NCBI GenBank assembly: GCA_964016885.1
Contig: OZ024741.1
Location: forward strand, 288,362,001 to 288,426,000
Direction of reading: 5' to 3'
Length of the DNA: 64,000 nt
From: Eledone cirrhosa
Taxonomy: Eukaryota
Shown here: piece after piece, positions 26,562 to 38,864 of the stretch
Numbering within the stretch: position 1 is the first letter of the stretch
Layout: every line of letters begins with the position of its first letter
Made by a program: the position numbers and the translations under genes
The notes under the pieces: generated by a model
What the model was told of the DNA's origin: nothing
Databases searched by the model: none
What the model saw: the letters and a program-made list of their open reading frames with translations, nothing else

Positions 26562-26639
26562 CCCTAACTGTACAGTTTCACGGTGCAAAACATTAAATAT
26601 CACCAGGATATTAATGGAAAAGCAACGATCATCAGAGAA
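26562..26639 (-). ncRNA. Hammerhead ribozyme (repeat 2)
   Basis: Identical to 26036-26113. Confidence 0.8.
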
Positions 26640-26658
26640 GCATTTTCCTGTCCTAGGG

Positions 26659-26713
<55 letters not shown>

Positions 26714-26718
<5 letters not shown>

Positions 26719-27459
26719 GTTGAAAAGGTAACACACCAGAGAGAGATATACAGTGCACTATCAATAAAACAGGGAAAAAACCCACCAGTGTATGGAATCT
26801 ATAATCTATGAAAGGCAGACTATAGACACGATAATTAAAAATATAAATTAAAGCGTAAATAAATACCTCTATAACCATATAACACACGTACAAATCCAAA
26901 GAGATCTGTTTCGCCAGTAATTTGTTGACAGAAATGGAATAACCTCGGTTCCTCAGCGTGTGTAAGGCCATACATTTCAGACAACACTAAGAGAATTTTA
27001 AAAGTGACTGTCCAGCTACACCTGGGAGAGAGAAGTCACAGCGTGTTTAAGAGCAGTGAACCAGTGGCCTCTGAGGGACGAGCTGCTAGAAAGGGCAGCC
27101 CAAAACCACTCAGAGAAGTATGCTCAACCAAACAGAGAGATAGGAAAGACTGTTATAAGGAGCGAAATATCACGATAAAATAACGGAGCCATAGGCCCTC
27201 GCCATTCCCTGTAAATAATGTGCTCAAAGGAGAAGAAATCCTGAGCTCTTTAAAATACAATATTTTGAAAAGGTAACACACATACAGTGCGCTATCAATA
27301 AAACAGGTTTTTCCCCCTGTTTTATTGATAGCGCACTGTATATCTCTCTCTGGTGTGTTACCTTTTCAACATATTGTATTTTAAAGAGCTCAGGATTTCC
27401 TCTCCTTTGAGCACATTATTTACAGGGAATGGCGAGGGCCTATGGCTCCGTTAATTTAT

Positions 27460-27467
<8 letters not shown>
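26714..27467 (-). mobile_element. Retrozyme-like element: about 545-bp unit with terminal redundancy and an inverted arm
   Basis: 26714-26772 recurs at 27259-27307; 27167-27307 is inverted at 27316-27467. Confidence 0.75.
26883..26962 (-). ncRNA. Type I hammerhead ribozyme with a full stem III
   Basis: CACACG CTGAGGA acc...ggc GAAA CAGATC tctttg GATTTG TA CGTGTG. Confidence 0.8.
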
Positions 27468-27543
<76 letters not shown>

Positions 27544-27576
27544 TCTTCTTGCATGTGTCAGAAGTAAACATCACAT

Positions 27577-27625
<49 letters not shown>

Positions 27626-27899
27626 TTTCAACAACGTCATTATTCCGTGTCATAATTCTCGATTATCATTGGTTCATAGGTTTCAAACGACTCCGCCCAC
27701 CTCAATGACGCAAAACATAAATTAATATGCATAATACCAATGAGGGAGTGAGAGGGGAGAGTAAGAAACAGAGAGGCAAAGTGAACGCTGTAACTATTAC
27801 CATGTGTGCGTGTGTATGTACGTGCTCGTATGTTTATGTGTGTGTGCGTGTAGCGTTCCACAGAAAGTAAAAGCAATTCCATTTTATCAAGCAGTGAAC

Positions 27900-28088
27900 T
27901 ACAGCAGCGACGGCGTGCAGCCAGGAATGAAGAAAAACGGGCCGAACAGCGCCATCGGAACGCCGAATTTCAGAGGCGAAGACGTGCCGTCATGAATGAA
28001 GAGGAGCTGGGTGAACAACGTCAACGAAACACTGGAGCCAAGCAGCGACGGCGTGCTGCGATGGTTGAAGACGAACTGGCTGAGCATC
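27900..28088 (+). pseudogene. STPR-like 23-aa repeat fragment, probably from a Helitron RepHel N-terminus
   Basis: QRRRAARNEEKRAEQRHRNAEFQ / RRRRAVMNEEELGEQRQRNTGAK / QRRRAAMVEDELAEH. Confidence 0.55.
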
Positions 28089-28105
28089 ATCTTTTATATT
28101 AATTA

Positions 28106-28464
28106 TCTATATCTATATCTACATATAATATAAAAGATTGGAACTTCCATCATTCTTTTGAGAAACGTGGAACAACCACGTCTATGCAATGATACACGTT
28201 TTACAGTCAGGCAGAAGATGAACCATCTCCTAGAGGTCACTATTCTAGTTGGGAGTACCTAGAATTGTTCATATACTATGCACAAACGGTACAACGAAGA
28301 ATCTGGTATATCTGGAAGATTTTTTTTACTGTCTTTTGTATCACACAGACACCACGGACTCGCCTCATACTGTAACCAGACAAACATCCAATACAGTCAT
28401 TTTCTCTTTTACCTGTCTTCTCTTATCATCTGTTTACCCGGGCGAAGCTGGGTACGTCAGCTAG
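28106..28464 (+). mobile_element. Internally deleted Helitron with PIF1-helicase C-terminal remnants
   Basis: 5' TCTAT...; KIGTSIILLRNVEQPRLCNDTRF...HLLEVTILVG; GTTKNLVYLE; 3' hairpin TACCCGG...CTGGGTA then CTAG|T. Confidence 0.85.
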
Positions 28465-28620
28465 TATATATATATATATACACTCTTCTTACATGTGTCA
28501 GAAGTAAACGTCACATACAGACACACAGGCAAAGACAATTTCTACACGTCACTGTAGTTTACTTCAATTTAGTTAACAAGTTTAGCAAGATAAGGAAGAT
28601 TAACTGCTTGTATGTGTGAG

Positions 28621-28665
<45 letters not shown>

Positions 28666-28831
28666 AATTTATATCTAGTAACATATATATACATACAAAT
28701 GCATATTGATGCTAGCAAATATATAGGTTTTGTGTTAATAACATTGTGGTTCAGTGCATGGGGTTGCAGAACAATAATATAAGAGACGTAAGATAAGAAC
28801 ATTATAAAATTAACTTACTTACTAAAATATC

Positions 28832-28913
28832 ACTTCCAACTAATTAGTTTCTGGAATGGAGTAGATACACCTTCCGAGGAAGGTGTGGAGAAACATCCCG
28901 TCATCAGGAAAGT
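28832..28913 (-). ncRNA. Hammerhead ribozyme
   Basis: Reverse-complement counterpart of 29608-29689. Confidence 0.85.
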
Positions 28914-29607
28914 CTATTCTCATATATGTTTCCAGGCAAAGCGAGGACTCTGGAAGCTTATTAAAAATAAATCAGTGAATAGGAAATAGCAAAGCGTGGA
29001 CTTACTTCCTAGCCATTGAGAAAATCGCTGCCTCTGTGTCTGTGGCAAATTCAAAAAGAATCGAACACGTGACATCGAGGTCAATCGGTGGAAAGTGGGT
29101 TGTTAATAAGACAGCGGCCAGCCTACTACCGTAGCAGCAGTCATGGCCAGTATTGCTCGACAAATATCTTGGAGATAATTATAAAGAATTTATATCTAGT
29201 AACATATATATACATACAAATGCATATCGATGCTAGCAAATATATAGGTTTTGTCTTAATAACAGTGTGGTTCAATGCATGGGGCTGCAGAACAATAATA
29301 TAAGAGACGTAAGATAAGAAAATTATAAAATTAACTTACTAATTATCTCCAAAATATTTGTCGAGCAATACTGGCCATGACTGCTGCTACGGTAGTAGGC
29401 TGGCCGCTGTCTTATTAACAACCCACTTTCCACCGATTGACCTCGATGTCACGTGTTCGATTCTTTTTGAATTTGCCACAGACACAGAGGCAGCGATTTT
29501 CTCAATGGCTAGGAAGTAAGTCCACGCTTTGCTATTTCCTATTCACTGATTTATTTTTAATAAGCTTCCAGAGTCCTCGCTTTGCCTGGAAACTTATATG
29601 AGAATAG

Positions 29608-29689
29608 ACTTTCCTGATGACGGGATGTTTCTCCACACCTTCTTTGGAAGGTGTATCTACTCCATTCCAGAAACTAATTAGTTGGAAGT
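29608..29689 (+). ncRNA. Hammerhead ribozyme
   Basis: ACTTTC CTGATGA c GGGATG...ACACCTTC tttg GAAGGTGT...CATTCC a GAAA CTAATTAG TT GGAAGT. Confidence 0.85.
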
Positions 29690-29737
29690 GATATTTTAGT
29701 AAGTAAGTTAATTTTATAATTTTCTTATCTTACGTCT

Positions 29738-29807
<70 letters not shown>

Positions 29808-29841
29808 TAAATATATAAATATATGTATAACCGACTCTTTG

Positions 29842-29938
<97 letters not shown>

Positions 29939-30064
29939 AGGGCTTAAGCCCGACAAGTCTAAATTTCTTTCCTCTTTCTAATATAAAGCGTAAAACTAAT
30001 AAGACTTTTGTACCTCTGTTTGTTGTCTCTTTGAACTATATATGGCTCTCTAGTAACATTGTCT

Positions 30065-30836
30065 AAAAATGTAAGGTTGAAACACCCACGTCCCGTAGGG
30101 CCTACATAGGGTTAACCGCCAATAGATTCAAGCAGCGACTTTACATGCATATCCATTCTTTTCGTTACCGTCTAAGAAGGAATATGACGTCACTTTCAGC
30201 CTATATCTGGAGTCTAAAAGACAACCACACCCAATATAAGTTACACTGGGAGATCCTGGCTAAGGCTAGATCGTATAACGGAAATAAAAGACCATGTAAC
30301 CTCTGCGCCGCTGAGGCCCTGGAAATACTCTACGCCAAAGACCACATCTTAAACAAAAAAATCTGAGGCAATTTCGGCTTGTAAACATAAATTGCACAAC
30401 ACTTTCCTGTATTACAGCCCCACATTATACCCTAACGGATAGTACGAACTATACGCGGATATTTTACGTCTTGATGTGGTAGCTAAGTATATGTTATGTT
30501 TATACCATTACTTATTTGTATAGGTAAGTATATATTACCTGTATGTTTTGGGAAGGTACGTATACTTTCTCTTACGTATATTTGATTGTATATGTTATGG
30601 CGTATATATTATATATTCTGGTACATATGCATTTGGTTATGTGTATAAGCGAGTTTTGCGTCTGTGTGAGTATGCGGGTTCGTACGTATCTAGGATGTGT
30701 GTATATGTGTACTTTGTGTTTTGGTTGACATCGTCTCCGAACATATCTGTATTTTCATGTAGGTATGTGTGCGCGCGCGTTATATACGTATTTATTTATT
30801 TATTTATATACGTTTATTTAGTTATATGTATACACG

Positions 30837-30867
<31 letters not shown>

Positions 30868-31556
30868 TTTTTTAATATATATTTTTATGTGTATTTGGTG
30901 TATACATTTGTATATGTGGGTACAGGCGTTGCGTACATTCAGTATGTGCGTGCGGGGTTTTTTTGTTTGTTTTTTTTTTCGTGTACGTGCTTGTATTTGT
31001 ATACCTATGGCGAGTGTTTTCGCGTATGCTTGTGTATGTACGTATATGGATGCGTGTATGTATTTATTTAATTTCAGTTACCTCTGTATTTTATTTACTT
31101 TATTCTTAACTCTGAAGCCGAGAATCATTCGGTTTCCTAGTTAGAATTTTAGTCTACGACTTCAGTTATACCATTTACGTGGTTTTTTCTTTGCGTGCAA
31201 TTGTTCTCCCCGCTTCACATATGACGTATTATCTTCGTTTTTTCCATTCATTGCCATAGAACGTCTCCATGAACCACCTAATAGAATATTAGTCTACGAC
31301 TTCTTTTATACCATAAACGTGGTTTTGTCTTTGCGTGTAATTGTTTTTCACCGCTCCAAATGATGACGTATTATCTTCGTTTTTTCCCGTTCTTTGCCAG
31401 GGAACGTTTCCACGAACCAAAGTATCGTCTTCCTGTCTTCCTCCGGTTGCAACGTTTTATGAAATATCCACTTCTGCGTTCACAGATTGACTTTTTTAAT
31501 TTCAGAAGATCCCGTTAAGGTTGAAATCAGCGATTCTTTGCTTAAACTTTAATCTG

Positions 31557-31560
<4 letters not shown>
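30065..31560 (+). mobile_element. Naiad-like PLE 3' part: GIY-YIG endonuclease remnant (to about 30400) plus non-coding terminal region
   Basis: AYIGLTANRFKQRLYMH..SF, TSLSAYIWSLK, WEIL, CNLCAAE, LNKK-SE..SACKH (frameshift near 30360); 140-bp internal duplication 31143-31418. Confidence 0.8.
31498..31548 (+). ncRNA. Hammerhead-like motif, U4A core (diverged copy)
   Basis: AATTT CAGAAGA t CCC gttaa GG tt GAAA tcagcgattctttgc TT AAACT. Confidence 0.5.
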
Positions 31561-31596
<36 letters not shown>

Positions 31597-31599
<3 letters not shown>

Positions 31600-32620
31600 G
31601 GGCCCTTCCAAAGGAAACATCAATAACCAGCAGTATGCCCCAGGAAACCGTCTTGGAACCAGTACTATTTGTAGTGGCTCTCTCAGACATGCCCTCTGTA
31701 ATACGGACAGCCTCCCTCACAAGCTATGCTGATGACAATCAAGAAAGCTTCTGATGCTACTCTCTTACAATAAGTTTTAGGTGTCATGTACGAATGGGAT
31801 GAAGACAACGCTATGCAATTTAATGCAGGCATGTTTCAAGCCCTCCGCTATCAACCCACAAACATAGGACTACCCAAACACAGGTACACTGGACCAGGAG
31901 GAATCGAAATCCCCGAACCAAAATCAATACGGGACCTGGGTATTGACATGGGTATTGACAATGATGTATTGTTTCATGCGCACATCACCAAAATGAGGGC
32001 AATGTGCAGACGACTGGCGGTTTGGATTTTGAGAACTTCCAGGACAAGAGACTCGGAAACCATGTTAGTCGACTGGACTATTGTTCTCAGCTGTGGTCAC
32101 CCCACAGTGTCAAACTGACTGCAGAACTTGAAGCAATCCAACGAAGCTACACCAAGAGGATTGCCTCAATGAAAGAGATGAGCTACTGGGAGAGGCTGAA
32201 AGTACTAAAGATTTACTCCCTGGAACGAAGACAGGAAAGATACGCAGTAATATATGTATGGAAGATCTTGGAAGGGTTAACACCAAACTTTAGCATTGAA
32301 GGCAAGATCAGCCCGTCAATGTGTAGGGCAAAAGTTCCCATTCATCGCATCAAGAATAAGGACCACATACTGGGTTCAAGGGACCCCAGCCTTTTATAAG
32401 CTGCAAAAAGATCTGAGAGAGCTACACTGTGTACGTGTAGATGTTTTCAAGAGAAATTTTGATATCCTGCTGACCAAAATCCCGGATGAACCCTCAGCAC
32501 AAGGCGAAGCGCAAATGAGGGCGGCAGAGGGAAGGCTGGCTATAGAAAGTATAGGATCAATGGTGGTGCCCCAGCATGGCCTCAGCCTGTCGGCTGGGAC
32601 ATGTAATAAAGTAACAGAGT
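31597..32620 (+). mobile_element. Decayed CR1-group LINE, RT and C-terminus
   Basis: MPQETVLEPVLF, YADD, W...NAMQFN, RDLGI, SRLDYCSQLWSP, SYWERLK.L..YSLERR; frameshifts. Confidence 0.85.
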
Positions 32621-32709
32621 AATGCACACAAACTTACATACATAAATACACACACACACACACATACACATGTATATATATATTTATAAACACACACACA
32701 GATATATAG

Positions 32710-32757
<48 letters not shown>

Positions 32758-32903
32758 TCACACACTCACCACATATCTGATTAAGAATGATTTTTCTAAA
32801 GAGGAATGGCAGAAACAATTAGTTTGACTTTTCTGGACTAGAGGTGTTTCATTGGTCTGAAACAAGAAACAGTTCTAGTTCGGTAGAATACATTTTTATA
32901 TGA

Positions 32904-33046
<143 letters not shown>

Positions 33047-33239
33047 AGAGAGAGGAGAGAGAGAGAGAGAGTCTGTGGTACTGAGACCAGGGAGGTCACT
33101 AATCATGGGAGTACTCGATACATGGGGAGATACAGAGTGAGTATAGAAATATGTAAAATCCCAACGGCGGTAAAAGTGGTTTCGGCTTGTGTGTCACACA
33201 AATCGAAATCACTTGGCGTCGGAGTCGCAATTTTACATT

Positions 33240-33400
33240 TATCCATAATTCATAGACTACAAATGGTTGGGATAGCTGGTACCTTCAAAATTTGCAAAAC
33301 ATTCTTGCGAGTCAAGGGATGACAATTTCTTTTCTTTTACAACCTTGCCACCAGGAAGGTGGCCGGTCAAAAATATACTCGAAATTAAGAGAAAAGGAAA
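33240..33400 (+). mobile_element. R4/Dong LINE 3' tip
   Basis: IHRLQMVGIAGTFKICKTFL plus the shared 3' UTR; followed by ACATACAT. Confidence 0.85.
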
Positions 33401-33429
33401 CATACATACATATATATCTGCATATCTTT

Positions 33430-33860
33430 ATATAATAAAAACTGCCTGAAAAATTCCCTGAAGATGAACATCAACATTGAAACATAGGAAAATATTGCAA
33501 CCGGGAGTCCTGTGGCGAAATCTGATTGCTACGGTGTTAATGAATTTGAAGAGAAGATGAGTGTCTATGCTGAAGTAAAGCAAGCATCTCCGCTCCCAGA
33601 ACGGGATTAGAAAGAGACTCATACATGTGAGATATGTGGACGTATATGTATGTCAAAGGCTGGGATATTAAGTTATAGCTGACGTTATACTGATGGAAAT
33701 ATCACTTTTAAGTAACCTTGATTTTGCATGTGGCATCTGTACCAAAACGTATCACTCTACAAGTGAGCTAACATGGCACCACAAAGCATACCGTACGAAT
33801 CAAACTCAAACAGGTGGAAGACGTATCTTTACACTTCCTGGTTTGAAGAACCAACTAAGG
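33430..33860 (+). mobile_element. Decayed RTE LINE 3' end with zinc fingers
   Basis: CEICGRICMSKAG, FACGICTK; related to 15740-16315. Confidence 0.7.
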
Positions 33861-33988
33861 TGACATCAACGACAGCAACATCAATAACACGTTTCTGCCA
33901 ATGTCTGTTTTTTGTTTTTTTTATTTATAAAAAGTGATCGTACTAGGACATGAGTTGCTTCCACTATGCGCGCGCGCGCGCGCGTGTA

Positions 33989-34064
<76 letters not shown>

Positions 34065-34173
34065 TTTATATATATATAGTTATTATCTTTCGATTTATTT
34101 CTCTACCAATCTTTATACGTATGTTTATCAATTTAAGTTTTTTAGATAGACATATGTGGATACATACATACAT

Positions 34174-34559
34174 GGTGGCTGCCAACTCGTTTTCGAGTAC
34201 GGCCACTACTTTATATCCATGTAGGAGAACCCCTACCGATGCGCTGAACGAGTGTGACTTTTTAGTCCAGCCAGCGACTTGAAAACTCTGGTACAAACAC
34301 TACACTTGTGACAATTATTGACACATAGTGCTGGGCCCATGGTACCATGTGACGACAAGTGCAGAGAGATCTCCAGATATAAAGCAATGCCTGTGCCGTG
34401 AAGCTTTTATAGTGAGCAAAGGCACTGCACAAAGCCAGTCCCACTCTCTTAACCAAGATGATATTTACCAAAAAGAAGAACAAGTCAACATCATTGGATA
34501 CCATCAGGGTTGCAGGTGTTATATCAGAGTTTTCCTTCTCCTAGAATTCTGCCTTGACA
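34174..34559 (-). mobile_element. 5'-truncated copy of the non-coding RTE-related element at 61570-62173
   Basis: Reverse-complement near-identity to 61790-62173; (ACAT)n flanks. Confidence 0.85.
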
Positions 34560-34561
34560 GA

Positions 34562-34592
<31 letters not shown>

Positions 34593-34627
34593 TATATAGT
34601 ATATATATATATATATATATATATATA

Positions 34628-34827
34628 NNNNNNNNNNNNNNNNNNNNNNNNNNNNNNNNNNNNNNNNNNNNNNNNNNNNNNNNNNNNNNNNNNNNNNNNN
34701 NNNNNNNNNNNNNNNNNNNNNNNNNNNNNNNNNNNNNNNNNNNNNNNNNNNNNNNNNNNNNNNNNNNNNNNNNNNNNNNNNNNNNNNNNNNNNNNNNNNN
34801 NNNNNNNNNNNNNNNNNNNNNNNNNNN
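34628..34827. other. Assembly gap (200 N)
   Basis: Run of N. Confidence 1.
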
Positions 34828-35136
34828 TTTTGTTGTTATTGTTGATGTTGTTGTTTATGTTTTGTTGCTGTTGATGTTGTTGTTGATGGTGTTGGTGCTG
34901 TTGTTGTTATTGTTATTGCTATTGTTGTTCATGGTGATGATGTTGTTATTGCTGTTGTTCGCAAATCCCCTTTCTGCGTCGAAATCACTAGACGTATCTG
35001 AGGAACTTGCGAATCCAGACTTGCGAATCCAGAGTCAGGTTCGATCCACAAACAGATCGCACCTCGAGCTGTTCGCTGGAGAAACATTTGTAATGCGAAA
35101 TAAATTTGTGTTCCGATACATCATGTATCATTTTAT

Positions 35137-35198
35137 TTTATCTGATGAGGACGTACTGCTGAACCTGATTCACGTACCTCTGAAATATGTATAATCAA
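35137..35198 (+). ncRNA. Hammerhead ribozyme
   Basis: TTTAT CTGATGA ggacGTAC...GTACctct GAAA TATGTA TA ATCAA; one stem I mismatch. Confidence 0.65.
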
Positions 35199-35344
35199 AT
35201 TTAATTGATCACAAGAACATCTATTTTATTAATATTTGAATTTAATATTATATTAATAACTCTGGAAAATATTTTCTTGTAGAGTGCTTCCAATCTACTG
35301 TAAAACTCATTCTCTTGATATACTCATTGAATCTTGTTTAACTC

Positions 35345-35387
<43 letters not shown>

Positions 35388-35390
<3 letters not shown>

Positions 35391-36045
35391 TAAAATAACA
35401 GATTAAAGTTTAAGCAAAGAATCGCTGCTTTCACCCTTAACGCGATCTTCTGAAACTAACAAAGTCAATCTGTGAACGCAGAAGTGAATATTTAAAAAAA
35501 CGTTGCAACTGGAGGAAGACAGGAAGACGATACTTGGTTCGTGGAAACGTTCCCTGGCAAAGAACGGGAAAAAAACGAATATAATACGTCATTATTTGGA
35601 GCGGTGAACAACAATTACACGCAAAGACAAAACCACGTTTATTGTATAAAAGATGTCGTAGACTAATATTCTATTAGGTGATCGAATGGCTTGCCACTAC
35701 CCGTATAGAAAGCCGAATGATACGCTTAATTACATAAGTAAGCATTCTAACCATCCCTGCCAGCATAACCAAGAACCTGGTAAGAAACGTTTCTTTGAGG
35801 CTTTCCCGTCTATCTACTAACGAGCATATTTCAACGACCATTCCACACATTACGATGAAGCTCTTGCTCGGAGTGGATTTGTCGATGAGGTAGTTTATAC
35901 AGAGTACGAGAATAGACCTAGAAGAAATAGATCCCGACGCATTATATGGTATAACCCACCATATAATATGGAGGTGGCCACACCATTAGCTAAGATCTTT
36001 CTCTCCCTTATTACGAAGCATTTTCCCCCTACACATAAATATAGT
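35388..36045. mobile_element. Naiad-like PLE fragment: inverted terminal region (35388-35680) joined to a + strand RT thumb remnant
   Basis: YPYRKPNDTLNYISKHSNHP, ALARSGF, RRIIWYNPPYNMEV, FLSLITKHFPPTHKY. Confidence 0.85.
35407..35457 (-). ncRNA. Hammerhead-like motif, U4A core
   Basis: AGTTT CAGAAGA t CGC gttaa GGG t GAAA GCAG cgattct TTGC TT AAACT. Confidence 0.6.
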
Positions 36046-36113
<68 letters not shown>

Positions 36114-36114
<1 letters not shown>

Positions 36115-36156
36115 CGCTGTACTAGTTTCAAGCTTGTTAGCTATCGTCAGCAACGT
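36114..36156 (-). ncRNA. Minimal hammerhead ribozyme
   Basis: ACGTTG CTGACGA t AGCT aaca AGCT t GAAA CTAG TA CAGCGT. Confidence 0.88.
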
Positions 36157-36608
36157 ATACCTTCCTGCCAGATTGTTTGAACGTCCGAAAGTATATACTT
36201 TCCTTATGCATATTAACGGCTGAGTAGCCCAATTTGCATATCGAGTGGGTTAATCGCGCGGGTGCACCGAAAACGATAAACGGAAAAATGAAACGAAATT
36301 TCATTTTCCACTCTTAGTACGTCTGTATACATATTATGTATGTACGTGTACATACTTATATTTAAGTAACAACCGTGAAACTGCTAACAAGCTTGAAACT
36401 GGTACAGCGTTTCCTTTGTCAGCGTTGAACAAACGAGCAATGGTGGTTGCTAGACACTGCGGCTTAATACGGGATGTTTGTTTACAAACACACCCAGCAT
36501 TATAATAATGTTGATGAATCCATACGTACATATATATATGTGAACGTATGTATATATATATACATACTACTGTACGTCTGTATACATATATGTATGTACG
36601 TATACATA

Positions 36609-36610
<2 letters not shown>
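36114..36610. mobile_element. Rearranged copy of the 436-bp HHR element (see 49241-49915)
   Basis: 36114-36320 matches 49515-49693 then 49241-49288; 36382-36610 is the inverted remainder. Confidence 0.75.
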
Positions 36611-36647
<37 letters not shown>

Positions 36648-37057
36648 TGTGTGTGTGCACGTGCGTGTATGTGTGCGTATATATATTTATACATGCCCGG
36701 AGAATGTAGGAGTAGGCCATCTGGCCTGCAGAACTCCAAGCGCAAGCCACCATCTCGTTGTTCCGCGGAAAGGATAGTGAAGGCTTCACCCAGGAGGATA
36801 GGGAAGGAGGCACATTGGAATAACCATTTGAACTCACGGGATTCACTCTTGCGGGGATGCCTTATTCCATCTGAATAACATGAGTAGGGAGGTGGTTCGG
36901 AGACCAAAAACGCCAAACCTCCCCACCATCATAGGTCAAACTCATCGGAAAACTGCCATACTTCAATATCTTGCGATTTTCAACTTGTGAGCAACGAAAC
37001 CTGGGTCTTCCCCCGAACGCATCCTGTTTCCTCTGGAGGAGGTTATTATTATCATCA

Positions 37058-37408
37058 TATGCTCGAAGCTAAATCCTAATTCTATTCTATTATAAGTGAG
37101 TCAACTTATACAGCTTCATATGCAAATGAGATTAATCACCTCATTTACACTGACGAGAAAACTATATATTCTCGCCTGTTTGCAAGAGTGGGAGGGATCG
37201 TCCTGACGACAACCAGTTCAGTTCGAAATACGCATCGACGATTGTCCCCGTTGCTTCTGTTGGACACCGTCAGCTGGCGATAGCCGCTGGTGTTTTTGCA
37301 TAGCTACGGCTTTCTAAATGTTTATTTATAAACATACCGTATTTCTTTAGAATGCGAAATTCCAATACATATCTGTATACAGCTATGATCGAAGCTGAAT
37401 CCTAATTC

Positions 37409-37414
<6 letters not shown>
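37058..37414 (+). mobile_element. Retrozyme-like 326-bp unit with 31-bp terminal redundancy
   Basis: TATGCTCGAAGCTAAATCCTAATTCTATTCT at 37058 recurs at 37384. Confidence 0.65.
37197..37242 (+). ncRNA. Hammerhead ribozyme
   Basis: ATCGTC CTGACGA c AAC cagttca GTT c GAAA TACGCA TC GACGAT. Confidence 0.8.
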
Positions 37415-37463
<49 letters not shown>

Positions 37464-37474
37464 CTCCATCCCCC

Positions 37475-37509
<35 letters not shown>

Positions 37510-38864
37510 GTGAAAAATGGAACGGGAACAAAACAGAGGCAGTACGAACAAAGGATATATATGTATAAGTCGGGACCCGACGGCTCAGCTCTTACCGTTT
37601 CAACAGTTAGTTCCAGACTGGAACTAACACATTCAATACAAATATCGCACGAAGAAAATTGTTCTAAAATCAATAAAGTATCCTACTGTATAGATTATAT
37701 TGGATAGCTATTGATATAAAAGGAGCTGTGAATTAAATTTGATTGACGGATGAAGGAGAATTCAATAGGTTTAAATTGAAACAGAAAATACCTTTATTTA
37801 GTTGAATATAAGTTGAATATACACACACAAAACACAAGATATTCACAGGCGCGCACACAAAACTCTCTCTCTCACACACACACACGAACACTCATACATG
37901 CTCACTCCCGCATACTCATATACGCAGACTCATAAACACATACACAACACACGCGCACGCAAATTCAAATACGTACACTCAAACACACGCGCATACACAC
38001 ACACACACTCACACACACATGCACACTCACACACACACGCACACTCACACACGCATTCACACACACACACACTCATACAGACACTCACACACATACACAA
38101 CGATATATATTCGTTATATTGGATGTATAAATTTAGAATTGACTAAATGTAGTACACACACAACGCACAGATATACTTACATCCACACACATATATTTCT
38201 ATACACTTACATCCACACACACATCTTTTTATAAGGCGGCTGGCGGGTTAGAAATAGAGTTATCTGTTCGTCTTACATAACTGTTTTTATCTATGTATTT
38301 TCTGCTGATACTATGTATGTATGTATGTATGTATGTATGTATGTATGTATGTATGTATGTATGTACACATGCATGCATATATGTATGCCTTTATGTAAAA
38401 ATGTGTAAATATGTATATATATGTATGCATGTGTACATATGTATATGCATGTATGCATGTGTATGTATATGCGCGAGGACATAGAAATAATCGGGCTGGA
38501 TACCGGATCGCGCAGTTAGACCTCTGGGAGTGAAGGACCCCTAGCCTTTGTCAGGGAATTCTTCTGTGAGAAGGCAACTCAGGAAACTGGGATAACTCCG
38601 ACATAAAACCTGCGTCACAGTAGTTACCGATGATGTTGATTGTTTCTTCATTTCATATTACAGCTACTGTCGCTCAGAGAGTGGGGTTGGCTCAGTGCAA
38701 AGTCTTTCCTCACTTTAAAAAAAATCTTCACGCACAGGTATTACTCGTTAGCATTAATTAGTAATTATTAATAATGTTATATCGTGCAATGGCCATACTC
38801 GATAACGAGGGGCAGCCAACATGTATATATGTACACATATATGTATGTATATATACGTATCCAA

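Larger units (their letters stand above)
25915..26662 (-). mobile_element. Retrozyme-like element: 526-bp unit with 222-bp direct repeats, each carrying a hammerhead
   Basis: 25915-26136 = 26441-26662; (TA)n on both sides; no long ORF. Confidence 0.8.
28661..29743. mobile_element. Retrozyme-like element: 521-bp unit, 159-bp terminal redundancy, 400-bp inverted arm
   Basis: 28661-28819 resembles 29182-29340; 28777-29180 is inverted at 29341-29743; (TA)n flanks. Confidence 0.85.

Noticed and set aside
30355-30395. In-frame TGA as selenocysteine in the Naiad-like PLE
   Set aside because: A one-base frameshift in the A run restores LNKKSE...CKH; the TGA is not at a Cys position
34328-35194. 288-aa ORF
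   Set aside because: Spans the N gap and simple repeats
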